A program made the translations under genes and the position numbers. A stretch of 32,000 nucleotides of DNA from Candidatus Nanopusillus sp. (GTDB lineage Archaea; Nanobdellota; Nanobdellia; Nanobdellales; Nanobdellaceae). This document shows, in pieces, positions 7,110 to 16,500 of this stretch. The notes below the pieces were generated by a model that was not told the origin of the DNA, searched no databases, and worked only from the letters and a program-made list of their open reading frames with translations. The stretch lies in contig JBMSAQ010000002.1 of the NCBI GenBank assembly GCA_049414405.1, positions 30,001-62,000 of the forward strand, read 5' to 3'. Each line of letters starts with the position of its first letter. The first letter of the stretch is position 1.

Positions 7110-8768
7110 CTATTCTTCAACCTCCCCCTCTTCTTCAGATTTACTCGATGACTTTTCTTCTGTTGATTTTCCTACTGCAGCAATAACGTCATCTATCTTT
7201 AATATCATTATGGCAGCTTCTACTGCCGACTTTATAGCTTGTATAGTTATATTTGCTGGTTCTATTACATTTTTCTCCCACATATCTGCAATTTTACCTT
7301 CAATTGCATCTATTCCAGCCCATTTTTTACCTTGCTCATGCAATGCTCTTAACTGTGTCATTGCTTCTATAGTATCCATACCAGCATTTTCTGCCAATGC
7401 TGCAGGTATTGCTTCTAACGCATCTGCAAACGCTAACATTGCCATCTGTACCTTTGATGATTCTTTCTTAGCTTCTTTTCTTATTCCTTCTGCTAATTCC
7501 ATTTCTAGTGCACCACCTCCAGCAACTACTTTTCCATATTTAATTACTGTTGCAACATCTTTAATTGCATCATTTATAGACCTCTCAATCTCTTCAGCAA
7601 CGTGCTCAGATCCTGCCCTTATTAATATTGTGACAGCTTTTGGATTTTTACATCCAGTTATAAATATCATATTTTCATCCGCAATTTTTCTCTCTTCAAC
7701 TAATTCTGCATATCCCAAATCATTTTCTGACAATTCATCAATGGAATTTACAATTTTTCCACCAGTTGCTTTTGCTATTTTTTCCATATCTGATTTCTTA
7801 ACCCTCCTTACAGCTAATATTCCATATTTTGCCAAATAATAGGCTGCTAAATCATCAACTCCTTTTTGTACAAACACAACATTTGCCCCTACTTTCTTTA
7901 TCTTTTCTACCATTTTCTTTAACAACTCTCTTTCCTTATTTAAGAACTGTTCCAATTGCTCTGGTGAGGATATATTTATCCTGGCATCTGTCTCTGTTTC
8001 TTTAATTTCAATAGCATCACCTATCAATGCTACCTTTGCGTTTGAAACAACCTTTGGCATTTCTCCATGTATTTTTTCTTTATCTATTACTATTCCATCA
8101 ATTAGTGATGTCTCTTCTACACCACCACCCACTTTCTTTTCAATCTTTAATGAATCTAAATCTACAATTATTTTCTTTTCTCCATTTGGTAGTTCTACAA
8201 CATCGGTTACTTTCCTAACAGCATCAACAATTATTTTTGCCAACTTATCTGAATATATAGATGCTATTTTTGATGATAAAGCAGACTTAGCAACCTTAAT
8301 TAGTATATCTTCATCGTTCATTGATACTCTTTGAGCCAATTTATTTACCAATTCTTCAGCAATTATTGCTGCCTTACTATATCCTTCTATAACAACTGTC
8401 GAATGTATATTTTTATCTAATAATTCATTTGCCCTCTTCAATAATTCACCGGCTAAAACTGTAGATCTTTTTGTACCATCTCCTACTTCTTTATCTTGTG
8501 TTTTTGCTATTTCTATTACTAATTTAGCAGCTGGATGTTCAACATGCATTCGATCTAATATTGTTGCTCCATCGTTTGTGACAGTTATATCTCCTAATTC
8601 ATCTACTAACATTTTATCCATTCCTCTTGGACCTAAAGATGTCTTTAATATCTCTGATACTAATACAGCCGCCATGATATTTGATCTCATTGCTTCTCTA
8701 CCTATCGTCCTTACATATTTTTCTGGAGATAGCACAATTGGATATAATCCTTTTTTATCCCCTGCCAT
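7110..8768 (-). CDS. ths: Thermosome subunit (group II chaperonin)
   Basis: 552 aa with signature blocks LGPRGMDKMLVD, ITVTNDGATIL, VGDGTKRSTVLAGELL, VAGGGALEMELA and an acidic C-terminal tail. It is unambiguously Cpn60/TCP-1 family. Confidence 0.95.
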   Translation of the reverse strand: MAGDKKGLYPIVLSPEKYVRTIGREAMRSNIMAAVLVSEILKTSLGPRGMDKMLVDELGDITVTNDGATILDRMHVEHPAAKLVIEIAKTQDKEVGDGTKRSTVLAGELLKRANELLDKNIHSTVVIEGYSKAAIIAEELVNKLAQRVSMNDEDILIKVAKSALSSKIASIYSDKLAKIIVDAVRKVTDVVELPNGEKKIIVDLDSLKIEKKVGGGVEETSLIDGIVIDKEKIHGEMPKVVSNAKVALIGDAIEIKETETDARINISSPEQLEQFLNKERELLKKMVEKIKKVGANVVFVQKGVDDLAAYYLAKYGILAVRRVKKSDMEKIAKATGGKIVNSIDELSENDLGYAELVEERKIADENMIFITGCKNPKAVTILIRAGSEHVAEEIERSINDAIKDVATVIKYGKVVAGGGALEMELAEGIRKEAKKESSKVQMAMLAFADALEAIPAALAENAGMDTIEAMTQLRALHEQGKKWAGIDAIEGKIADMWEKNVIEPANITIQAIKSAVEAAIMILKIDDVIAAVGKSTEEKSSSKSEEEGEVEE

Positions 8769-8789
8769 ATATATATTATATATATAAGA

Positions 8790-8797
8790 CTTATAAA
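8790..8797 (-). promoter_or_regulatory. BRE/TATA-like AAAA-TTTATAAG, TATA starts 29 nt upstream of the thermosome ATG
   Basis: Plus strand cttataaatttt at 8790-8801; ATG top base at 8768. It is the only strong TATA in this 50-nt spacer. Confidence 0.5.
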
Positions 8798-8818
8798 TTT
8801 TGGACCAAAAATTTTTTA

Positions 8819-9322
8819 TTAATTTGTTTTTTCCCTATTTTCTATTAATCTTCTTATTTCCATTATTATATTATTAATATCAATTTCTTTATTGTTATAA
8901 AAAACGTAATATTCTTTTTTCATTTCTTCTAACTCATCTTCTATAACTTCAAGGTTCATTGCCCATATATTTGTAAAAATTTTATTATATGGATAATTCC
9001 TTTCTTTTAATAACCTTTCATATAATATATTTGGATCAGTTTTTATAACAATATATAGATCACACTTATCATATAAATGAGCAAAATTCCCCTCTATGAT
9101 AATGTATTTATCATTTAATTTTTTTATATAATTATCAATTTCTTGAAATAATTTATTTTCATCTATTATATATGTTTGTTCAGCCTCATCATATTCTTCA
9201 TATAAATTATTCTTAATTGCAAAATCATATATATCAATCAAAACAGCACCAATTTGCTCAGCCAATTTCTTTGCTATTGTGCTTTTTCCAACACCAGGTG
9301 CTCCTGTTATACAAATAATCAT
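8819..9322 (-). CDS. fap7: Fap7/AK6-type nucleoside-triphosphatase (putative adenylate kinase, small-subunit ribosome maturation factor)
   Basis: 167 aa. P-loop MIICITGAPGVGKSTIAKKLAE at the extreme N-terminus, then IIEGNFAHL...DLYIVIKTDPNILYERLLKERNY...KI..N. This matches archaeal Fap7 (DGHLSHL...DLVVVLR..P..ERL.ERGY, recalled from memory). Confidence 0.75.
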   Translation of the reverse strand: MIICITGAPGVGKSTIAKKLAEQIGAVLIDIYDFAIKNNLYEEYDEAEQTYIIDENKLFQEIDNYIKKLNDKYIIIEGNFAHLYDKCDLYIVIKTDPNILYERLLKERNYPYNKIFTNIWAMNLEVIEDELEEMKKEYYVFYNNKEIDINNIIMEIRRLIENREKTN

Positions 9323-10065
9323 TTCTTTCTTATTACAAATTCAGTTTTTGGACCTCTATATAATGTGGATTTGTTTATTGCCATCATGGGTATTCCAAAT
9401 AAAGTACTTAACAGACCTTCAAAATATCCTTCCATAAAATACTCCTTTATTTCTACATTTTTTTCCTTTAATATATCTTCTATATCTTTTAATACTAAAG
9501 ACTCCATTGATGAACTTAATGTAATTAAAAAATCTAATGTTTTAATATCAATAAATATATCTTCTACTTTTCCAAAACCTAATTTCTCAATTAATTTAAT
9601 TATTTCTTTTAGATAATCTTCATTTAAAACTCTTTCCATTCCAGAATACATTTTATATGTAGTTGAAATTATAATACCAAATCTTTTTCCAGAATCTCTA
9701 ATGAAATTTAGATTATTTATTTCTAAAGCTTGTAAATATAAAACTTGAAATATTTCAGAAGGAATTATTAAAAATTTTATATCAGAAATATTATAGAATT
9801 CATTTTTATCTTTTCTAATTAGCTTTATTATTGGTGTACTTCCGTGAATCATCTCTAAAAAGCTTACATCTTCATTTATATACCATATTTTTGCTTTTCC
9901 GACAACCCTACAATTTAGGTATCCTCTCTCTTTTAGTATTTCTAGATGTTTAGATAGCGTAATTCTATTAATATTTAAGATTCTCGATAGTTCAGAAATG
10001 GTTAATCCATAAGCATTCTGTTTAAGAACCTCCAATAATTTTTCTTCTACATCATTAGTACTCAT
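9319..10065 (-). CDS. Transcriptional regulator: N-terminal winged helix-turn-helix plus C-terminal V4R-like domain
   Basis: 248 aa. wHTH: LTISELSRILNINRITLSKHLEILKERGYLNCRVVGKAKIWYI. The C-terminal region (KLGFGKVE...YFMEGYFEGLLSTLFGIP) resembles the V4R small-molecule-binding domain but lacks the usual Cys. Its stop overlaps the fap7 start (ATGA). Confidence 0.55.
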   Translation of the reverse strand: MSTNDVEEKLLEVLKQNAYGLTISELSRILNINRITLSKHLEILKERGYLNCRVVGKAKIWYINEDVSFLEMIHGSTPIIKLIRKDKNEFYNISDIKFLIIPSEIFQVLYLQALEINNLNFIRDSGKRFGIIISTTYKMYSGMERVLNEDYLKEIIKLIEKLGFGKVEDIFIDIKTLDFLITLSSSMESLVLKDIEDILKEKNVEIKEYFMEGYFEGLLSTLFGIPMMAINKSTLYRGPKTEFVIRKK

Positions 10066-10088
10066 TAATATTTTTTAGAATTGGAAAA

Positions 10089-10096
10089 TTTATATA
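10089..10096. promoter_or_regulatory. Shared divergent TATA element: TTTATATA starts 29 nt upstream of ATG 10118; its complement TATATAAA starts 31 nt upstream of the ATG at 10065
   Basis: The 52-nt divergent spacer has a single central alternating TA element that fits both spacings. Confidence 0.4.
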
Positions 10097-10117
10097 TATT
10101 TATCAAAAGATTAATAT

Positions 10118-10750
10118 ATGAAAAGAGAAAAAATTATTAATTTATTGGTTATAGTCATAGCTTTTATAATTTTAGTATTACTAATAACTACCAAACCTAG
10201 AATAGTAAATTATACAAATAATATTAACGATAATGATATATATATATACACAAATCCAGATAATATAACGATTGCTGGACCCTATAATATTACACAATTG
10301 GAATTTATACCAATATATTCAAATACAAGTTTATATAATTCATTGAATAAATATAGATATCAGTTATTTATTTTTGATCCAACATTGAGTGGATATTACA
10401 ATGCAGAAATTCTTTATATATTGATATATTTATTAAAGTATAATAAAAATGTCATATATGTGTGTTCTTTCTACTATAACAGCTCTGGATGCAAATATTT
10501 TTTAGAGAATAATAGTATAAATGATGATTTTATTCTTTTATATGCTATGAATAATAATTACGAAAATATTACATATATTCTACCAAGAAATGAAACATTA
10601 TTAATATATTTAGTGCCAACAAACGATTCTTATGGAATAATCTTTAATGATTGGAATAATACAGTCATTATATATAACAATAATAGTATAATTGCCCAGA
10701 TGGTGGCCCAAAAGTTTATATTATACTATTATGGGATTATCAACAATTAG
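10118..10750 (+). CDS. Hypothetical membrane-anchored extracellular protein, dense in N-glycosylation sequons
   Basis: 210 aa with an N-terminal signal-anchor (MKREKIINLLVIVIAFIILVLLITT). The rest is N/Y/I-rich with 11 N-x-S/T sequons counted by eye (NYT, NIT x3, NTS, NSS, NNS x2, NET, NDS, NNT). No recognisable family. Confidence 0.5.
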   Translation: MKREKIINLLVIVIAFIILVLLITTKPRIVNYTNNINDNDIYIYTNPDNITIAGPYNITQLEFIPIYSNTSLYNSLNKYRYQLFIFDPTLSGYYNAEILYILIYLLKYNKNVIYVCSFYYNSSGCKYFLENNSINDDFILLYAMNNNYENITYILPRNETLLIYLVPTNDSYGIIFNDWNNTVIIYNNNSIIAQMVAQKFILYYYGIINN

Positions 10751-11189
10751 AAAAATATTAAATTACCAGTTTGGAAATAATGTTGGGGATAAGATAATTG
10801 AAAAATATGGAGAAAAGATAAAAATAGAAAAAAGTAAGAAAACAGGAAGAATAAGGAGAATATACATAGATGATGGGCTATTTGGAACTATAGAACCAAC
10901 AACAGGATTTGTTATATTAACATTTTACGGAGGACTAATAGTAAAAGAATTTTTAGAATTCCCAAAATATAGGATTATTGTAAAAGATGAAGCAACAAAA
11001 TTTATAAGAGAGGGAAAGTCTGTATTCAATAAATTTGTCGAGAATTTAGATGAAAATATATTACCAAGAGATATTGTATTAATAGTAGATAAAAATGATA
11101 ATTTATTGGCAATAGGAGAAAGTTTATTGTCTGGAAAGGAAATTAAAGATTTTAAAATTGGAGTTGCTGCAAGAGTAAAAAATGTTTGA
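10731..11189 (+). CDS. PUA-domain RNA-binding protein (COG1370-like, pre-PUA plus PUA)
   Basis: The track ORF starts at TTG 10692; I prefer ATG 10731 (MGLSTIRKILNYQFG...), which fits the family N-terminus. The C-terminal PUA pattern is IVKDEATKFIREGKSVFNKFV...DIVLIVDKNDNLLAIGESLLSGKEI. Confidence 0.7.
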   Translation: MGLSTIRKILNYQFGNNVGDKIIEKYGEKIKIEKSKKTGRIRRIYIDDGLFGTIEPTTGFVILTFYGGLIVKEFLEFPKYRIIVKDEATKFIREGKSVFNKFVENLDENILPRDIVLIVDKNDNLLAIGESLLSGKEIKDFKIGVAARVKNV

Positions 11190-11742
11190 ATATATAATAA
11201 AAAAATATTACAATAAATTAATAGATTATTCAAAAAGAAATAACAGATTAAGAAAAGAATTAATTTTATCAGTATTTCTTGCAAATATGCTAATATATTC
11301 AATACCACTGTACTTATTTAGCTACTATTATATCGTTTTACCATATGATTTTTTGATGAATTATTCAGAATTTATATCAAAAATATTATATTATTCAAAC
11401 ATAGATTTTATATTAGAAAATAATGTTTTATATATAAAAAATATGAGTTTTATAATTAATCAGGAATGTACTGGCTTTAAATCTTTATTTGGTATATTTG
11501 CCCTAATATTTTCTACACCAATATTAAATATAAAGAAAAAAATGCTTTATTTTATTATTTTTTCTCCAATATTATTTATCCTAAATATATTTAGATTATG
11601 GTCTGTCTTTTATTTTTATTATATGTTTGATATCGACCCCTATTTTTTACACACCTTTTTATGGGAGATTTTTACAACAATATTTTTAATTATTTTTTGG
11701 TTAGTATTTTTAATTAAAAACAAGAAAGAATTATTCGTTTAA
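11182..11742 (+). CDS. Archaeosortase/exosortase-family membrane protein (miniature form)
   Basis: 186 aa, polytopic. It has the family's ordered catalytic signature: Cys in INQECTGFKSLFGIFAL (C-[ST]-G), Arg in ILNIFRLWSV (N..R), and His in FLHTFLWEIF. Its start overlaps the stop of the PUA gene (ATGTTTGA). Confidence 0.65.
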   Translation: MFEYIIKKYYNKLIDYSKRNNRLRKELILSVFLANMLIYSIPLYLFSYYYIVLPYDFLMNYSEFISKILYYSNIDFILENNVLYIKNMSFIINQECTGFKSLFGIFALIFSTPILNIKKKMLYFIIFSPILFILNIFRLWSVFYFYYMFDIDPYFLHTFLWEIFTTIFLIIFWLVFLIKNKKELFV

Positions 11743-11997
11743 ACTTTCTAAAATTTTTTTAATATTCTCATATAGATTTTGGCTTATTTTTTCAATATAA
11801 ACTATATTATTATTTTTCATATAAAATCTTACATAATCACCTAGATTTAATTTATTTATATCTACAGGTTTATCAAATGCATATTCTTTTCCACTTATTT
11901 CTATTATTACTTTATCTTTCATTATATTTTTTATTTTTCCATATATTATCCCTTCTTTTATATAATTAAATGATTCATACATATAAAATATTTTCAT
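11731..11997 (-). CDS. Hypothetical small protein (possible beta-barrel/OB-like)
   Basis: 88-aa ORF with no family motif recognised. The start may be M6 (11982), which has a TTTATAAT box starting 27 nt upstream. The 3' end overlaps the convergent archaeosortase-like gene by 12 nt. Confidence 0.4.
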   Translation of the reverse strand: MKIFYMYESFNYIKEGIIYGKIKNIMKDKVIIEISGKEYAFDKPVDINKLNLGDYVRFYMKNNNIVYIEKISQNLYENIKKILESLNE

Positions 11998-12002
11998 TTA
12001 AA

Positions 12003-12797
12003 TTATAAAGCTTCTATTACTGCTGCTATAAATATAAATAATATTGCTAGAACGAGCAGTGTTAAAGAATCTGAAAGTATGTTTTCTAAACTTTCTCTAT
12101 CCAAGTTTTTTATAAATGCTATAGATAGAATATTACCTGCCAATGCTGCTAGAAAATATCCTAAAAATTCTAATATCCCATGTGGTAATATCTCTATTAA
12201 ACTAATAGCTGGAACTAAAATAAATTTATGTATAATATTATTTGACATGTATTCTGATGCTTTTAAGCCTAGGAATACTCCAATAATTGAAGCATTCCAC
12301 AATAATAAATATATTGCTCCAGCACCAAATATTATTGAAAACGTAAAGAATAACAGTAATACTGTCATATTATTATATAATATATATGTGAAAAAACTAT
12401 TTGTATGTATTACATTTGCATAACTTAGAGCGATAATATCTCTTCTAATGCTCTCTATTGCTTGTACTTGAGGATAAAATAAATTGTGATTTATTAAGTA
12501 ACTTATATAAAAACCAAATATTGATGCAAAAAATATTATAAATGATATTGTAAAATATTCCTTGTATCTTAGAAATATGTTTTTCTTTGATTTTATCTTT
12601 TCAGATATCATTTCATCCTTTTCTATTATTTTATTATATATCTGAACGAAAGGAACTAAAGATATTGCAATTATCAATATTCCACCATAAGGCCCGGCTT
12701 TAAGTGACAATAATGTAGAAAATAATATTATTACTATACTTAAAAAGAATAGTACAAGATAATTATACCTTATCCTCTCTATTAAGATATCATACAT
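12003..12797 (-). CDS. SpoIIM/DUF95-family integral membrane protein
   Basis: 264 aa, multi-TM. Family motifs: YNNMTVLLLFFTFSIIFGAGAIYLLLWNASIIG and EILPHGILEFLGYFLAALAG (l-P-H-G-i-x-E). It carries an N-terminal two-helix extension relative to typical ~200-aa members. Confidence 0.7.
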   Translation of the reverse strand: MYDILIERIRYNYLVLFFLSIVIILFSTLLSLKAGPYGGILIIAISLVPFVQIYNKIIEKDEMISEKIKSKKNIFLRYKEYFTISFIIFFASIFGFYISYLINHNLFYPQVQAIESIRRDIIALSYANVIHTNSFFTYILYNNMTVLLLFFTFSIIFGAGAIYLLLWNASIIGVFLGLKASEYMSNNIIHKFILVPAISLIEILPHGILEFLGYFLAALAGNILSIAFIKNLDRESLENILSDSLTLLVLAILFIFIAAVIEAL

Positions 12798-13519
12798 AAT
12801 AAAAATTCCAACTCTATCTTATTTAAATTTGACGGTATTATAATACATACTGGAGGATCTAAATTTATATTTAACAATTCCTTTATCTCTTTATAATATA
12901 TTTTCTCATTTTTTCTATTTAGGTTGGAGCATACTATTAACTTAAAATTTTCATTAAAAATTTTTTCTCTTTTACTATCTATCTCCAATAATCTTTTTAT
13001 TGCCTCTCTATGATCTAAATACTTATTATTTATCGGATCTAGATCTAATAATACTAATGTATGTAAATTATTTCTATAATTTCTTACAACATAGTCATAA
13101 AATTCTGTAGATTCATGAAAAGATATTGAAACTGTTCTTCCAAACTTATATAAAAATAAACCTATTTTTCCAATTTCATCAAATATTGATGGTGAATTTA
13201 TTATTTTAAATTCTATATTATTTTTCTTACAAAGCTCTATAAAATACATATGAGTGGTAGCAAATAATGGATTTCCAGATGTTATCAAAATTATTTTCTT
13301 ATTTTTATTATTTAATATTATCTTCTCTAAATCAGATTCTACAAAATTCCTATCAACGATCTTTATATCTTTTCTTATATTTAATAAAAATTCTTTTGTT
13401 TCTTCATCAATAAAATTCGTATAGTACTCTAAAAATATCAAATCTGCACTTTTTATTTCTTTTATCAACCCACAGGGTATTTCATCCTTATTTTGTCCCA
13501 ATCCAGATAATATAAACAT
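12782..13519 (-). CDS. dph5: Diphthine synthase (EF-2 diphthamide biosynthesis methyltransferase)
   Basis: The track ORF starts at 13570; I prefer M18 (13519), which gives MFILSGLGQNKDEIPCGLIKEIKSADLIFLEYYTN, the family N-terminus (MLYLIGLGL...LEAYTS), and removes the overlap with polD. It also has SGNPLFATTH (GDP..ATTH). Confidence 0.85.
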   Translation of the reverse strand: MFILSGLGQNKDEIPCGLIKEIKSADLIFLEYYTNFIDEETKEFLLNIRKDIKIVDRNFVESDLEKIILNNKNKKIILITSGNPLFATTHMYFIELCKKNNIEFKIINSPSIFDEIGKIGLFLYKFGRTVSISFHESTEFYDYVVRNYRNNLHTLVLLDLDPINNKYLDHREAIKRLLEIDSKREKIFNENFKLIVCSNLNRKNEKIYYKEIKELLNINLDPPVCIIIPSNLNKIELEFLLCMIS

Positions 13520-13520
13520 T

Positions 13521-16500
13521 TTACAAATTAAAGAAATCTTTGATTTGCCTTTCCTTAGATTGATTTCCAAATGTTTGATCTATTTTCATCTTTAACGCTC
13601 TTAAACTGGAATTTGTATATTCATCTAATTTTAATTTTTCAGCCAGCCATAAACTTGGTTCTAAATATTTTACAACACTACCATAATGAACGGTCATTAC
13701 AATTCTTCCCCTACATTTGTCGCATTTTCCAGATAAAGGCGGCCTTCTAAATCTTTTATTACACTTTATACATCTGAATTCTTGTTCAGAAAACTTTCTC
13801 AAATTACCTTTAATATCTCTTGCAAAATGTAGATTTATTACTAAACTTGCAACAATACTTGGATCAACAGATCTTAATAATTTTGCCAATTTTAATTCAA
13901 AATTCAATTTTTCTAACATTTCTCCTAAAGATTTATATGCAGAAACCTTATTCCCATTTTCACTAATAGAACCTATATCATGCATAAATCCCCAATTTAT
14001 ATATTCTTCTGGTGTATCAATTCTTTCTTTAAATATTTGTATCTTTACAGATTCTGGAGATTTGTATTGCAATGCTGCTTCGTACAATTCTAATGGATAG
14101 TTCCAAACAGTATCAAACTTTTGTACTTCATCATCTATTTCCATTCCTTTAACCTTTATTGTAATTGTTAATGGGGCATCCATAGTTCCTCCTCTTTTAT
14201 CTGGTAAATATTCTCTAGAAAAATTTAATAGAGCATCTAATAATAATAATACTGTTCCTTCATCCCCATCACAATTTCTTCTTATTGCAGCATGCATCAT
14301 TGGGTGCATAAGTAATGCTTGAGTTCTTGAAAACCCTATTATTCTTCCAACAGTACCTGCAGAAGTATGTGGGGCTAAAACAATTAGCAGATGACCTAAA
14401 AAATCTTCCGGTTTTTTTACATTGTAATATCTATTCATTTTATATAATCTTTCTAATTCTTCGTCAATAAATTTGGTAGTATTTATTAAAGAAACTAAAA
14501 ATCCGTCTTTTTTTAGTTTACCACCTTTCTTTAATGGACCAATTGTTGGTAATATAATATCTTGAGGTTTTAATTCTAATATCTGATTTTCATTTTCCAG
14601 CGGATTTCCGTAAATATCGTGAGTATATCCTAATTCCCTTAATTTTTCTATTGAAGTATATACTAAATCTTTTGGTTTAAAGTATGTAATCGGTATTTCT
14701 ATGGCATCAAATCTCACCGTTCCATCTCTAAATACAAATATACCATACTTTGCCCTTAATATTCCTTTTTCCAATCTTTCTGGTTGCTTGTTTTTTGAAC
14801 TTAAACCTTCTGGTCCCTTTACTATTTTTGGCAATTGGGAAGGATCTAATCCAAGATTTTTTAATGCAGCCTCTACATATTTAGAAATCTGTATTGCATA
14901 TTTTTTATGTTCTTTTTCATCTTCTGTTTTCAATAATTTTGTTTCTGAATTACAAAATATACATTTTTTATATGGAACATATGTTTTACAATTTGGACAA
15001 TAATATGTTCTTAAATCTGAAACAATCTTCTGATATTTCATTGATTCTAAAAGATTTCTCATCCTCCCTCCTTCTTCTCCTACAGGAAATAAGACCATTA
15101 TTGAACCTCTTAATTCTCTAATTTTCGACTTTTCAGGTCTTCCCATTCTAACTCCAATATATGTACCAACCTTATCCCTAACAATAACTTTTGATATCTT
15201 ATTTACCAATTCGTATCCATTCTTTTCATTATTTAATTCTGGAACTTTTTCAAAATATCCCAACTGTATATATAATGATGCCGAGTTTGGATATTCGATT
15301 ACGATCTTATTATTTTCCAGTTTATGCTCAATTAATATTTCTTCTAATATATTCTTCATTCTATCATCATATTCGATTTCAATTTTATCAGCAATTTTAT
15401 AATTTTCACCATTTATTTTAATTTCCTTATACGAAATTTTTGCTTTTTCTTTTAAATAATTTAATAAATATATAAAGTCTTGTGAACTTATATCCTTCCA
15501 GAAGTATGTATATTCCGGATGCAACGAAACATTTAATAATATAGATATCTTTAGCGAATTAACAAAATCTGGTTTATTTCTTAGTGGATCTCTAATGTAA
15601 TTTTCTAAAATATTTTTATCAATATCCAAATATTCTGATAATTTTTCCAAATTTTTTATTTCAAATAATTTTCTTGGTTTAAACATATCAAAAACAACCT
15701 CAAATCCATTTACTTTTTCTTTTGCATTTTTTTCAAATTCCAGTATCCACCATTCTTCGCAATATCCCAAAGGAACTAAAGGATGTCCGTTATCTAAAAA
15801 ATCTCCATATGTAAATAAAATATCTCCTAAAAATAATATTTTTTCCACCAAATTCTTCTCAATTAATTCTTTTGCTTTTTTCTCATCTTTTACCTTTATT
15901 ACAGAACCATCTTTTAACTTTACTACAGGGGGTTCAATTGTATCCGAAAATGTAACTGCAGAAGCTTTTCCAGGTCTTTCTACGGCAAATTGGGTCCCCC
16001 ATGCTAAAAAATTATGTGTTAAAATTGCGATAGCTAGATGTATAGAAGATGCTTCATGTCCGTTTGTCCTTGATTTTCCCATTCTTAATCTAAATCCACC
16101 CTTTGCAGATGGTAAAGAAAATATTGGTCTCCCAGCAGTCAATTGTTCTAAATATTTTGCATTCGGTTTTATTACTTCTGATGATCCTGAAGAACTTCCA
16201 TGTAGTTTTTCTTGCAATTTTTTTAATTCATCTAACCAAGACCATTCTTCTAAATTAAAATCTCTTGCAATTTTTGATAAATCTTTCCATATTTTTTTAG
16301 CCTTTTGGCATATACCTTCAGCAAGAACAAGGACGGCCCCTCCTCTTATATAATTTGTTTCAACTCTTGGTAAATCTTTATATGCAGAAACTTCTATTTT
16401 TTCTGTGGGCTCTCCATTTATTTCAATTGGTAAATTTTTAACTGCAAACACTATTTCTTCATTCTTTGGTGTATATTGTAGATGAGCTGCCCTCTTATAA

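Noticed and set aside
7084-7839. 251-aa plus-strand ORF, the longest unexplained ORF in the track
   Set aside because: It lies entirely antisense to the thermosome gene. Its A/S/I/F-rich, low-complexity translation is what the reverse complement of a GCN/GAN-rich chaperonin gene produces. No start context or motif is present.
10692-10730. TTG start at 10692 for the PUA-domain gene
   Set aside because: The extension (MPRWWPKSLYYTI) is atypical for the family and overlaps the upstream gene. ATG 10731 gives the expected N-terminus.
13520-13570. Track start of the diphthine synthase ORF at 13570 (17 extra N-terminal residues overlapping polC)
   Set aside because: The family N-terminus (MxxLxGLG) begins at M18 (13519). 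The extension MEINLRKGKSKISLICK has no counterpart and would overlap the polC 3' end by 50 nt.
9254-15421. Other embedded or antisense track ORFs (9254..9616, 10925..11308, 12079..12423, 13717..14100, 14701..15003, 14894..15121, 15191..15421; also 2616..2804, 2829..3041, 4001..4348, 4518..4751, 6631..6843, 8027..8218, 8578..8787, 18646..18972, 19498..19946, 20701..20883, 24111..24326, 28006..28218, 28647..28835, 29121..29405, 30228..30443)
   Set aside because: All lie inside or opposite confidently assigned genes and lack motifs. Stop codons are rare in some frames of AT-skewed coding DNA, so such ORFs are expected.
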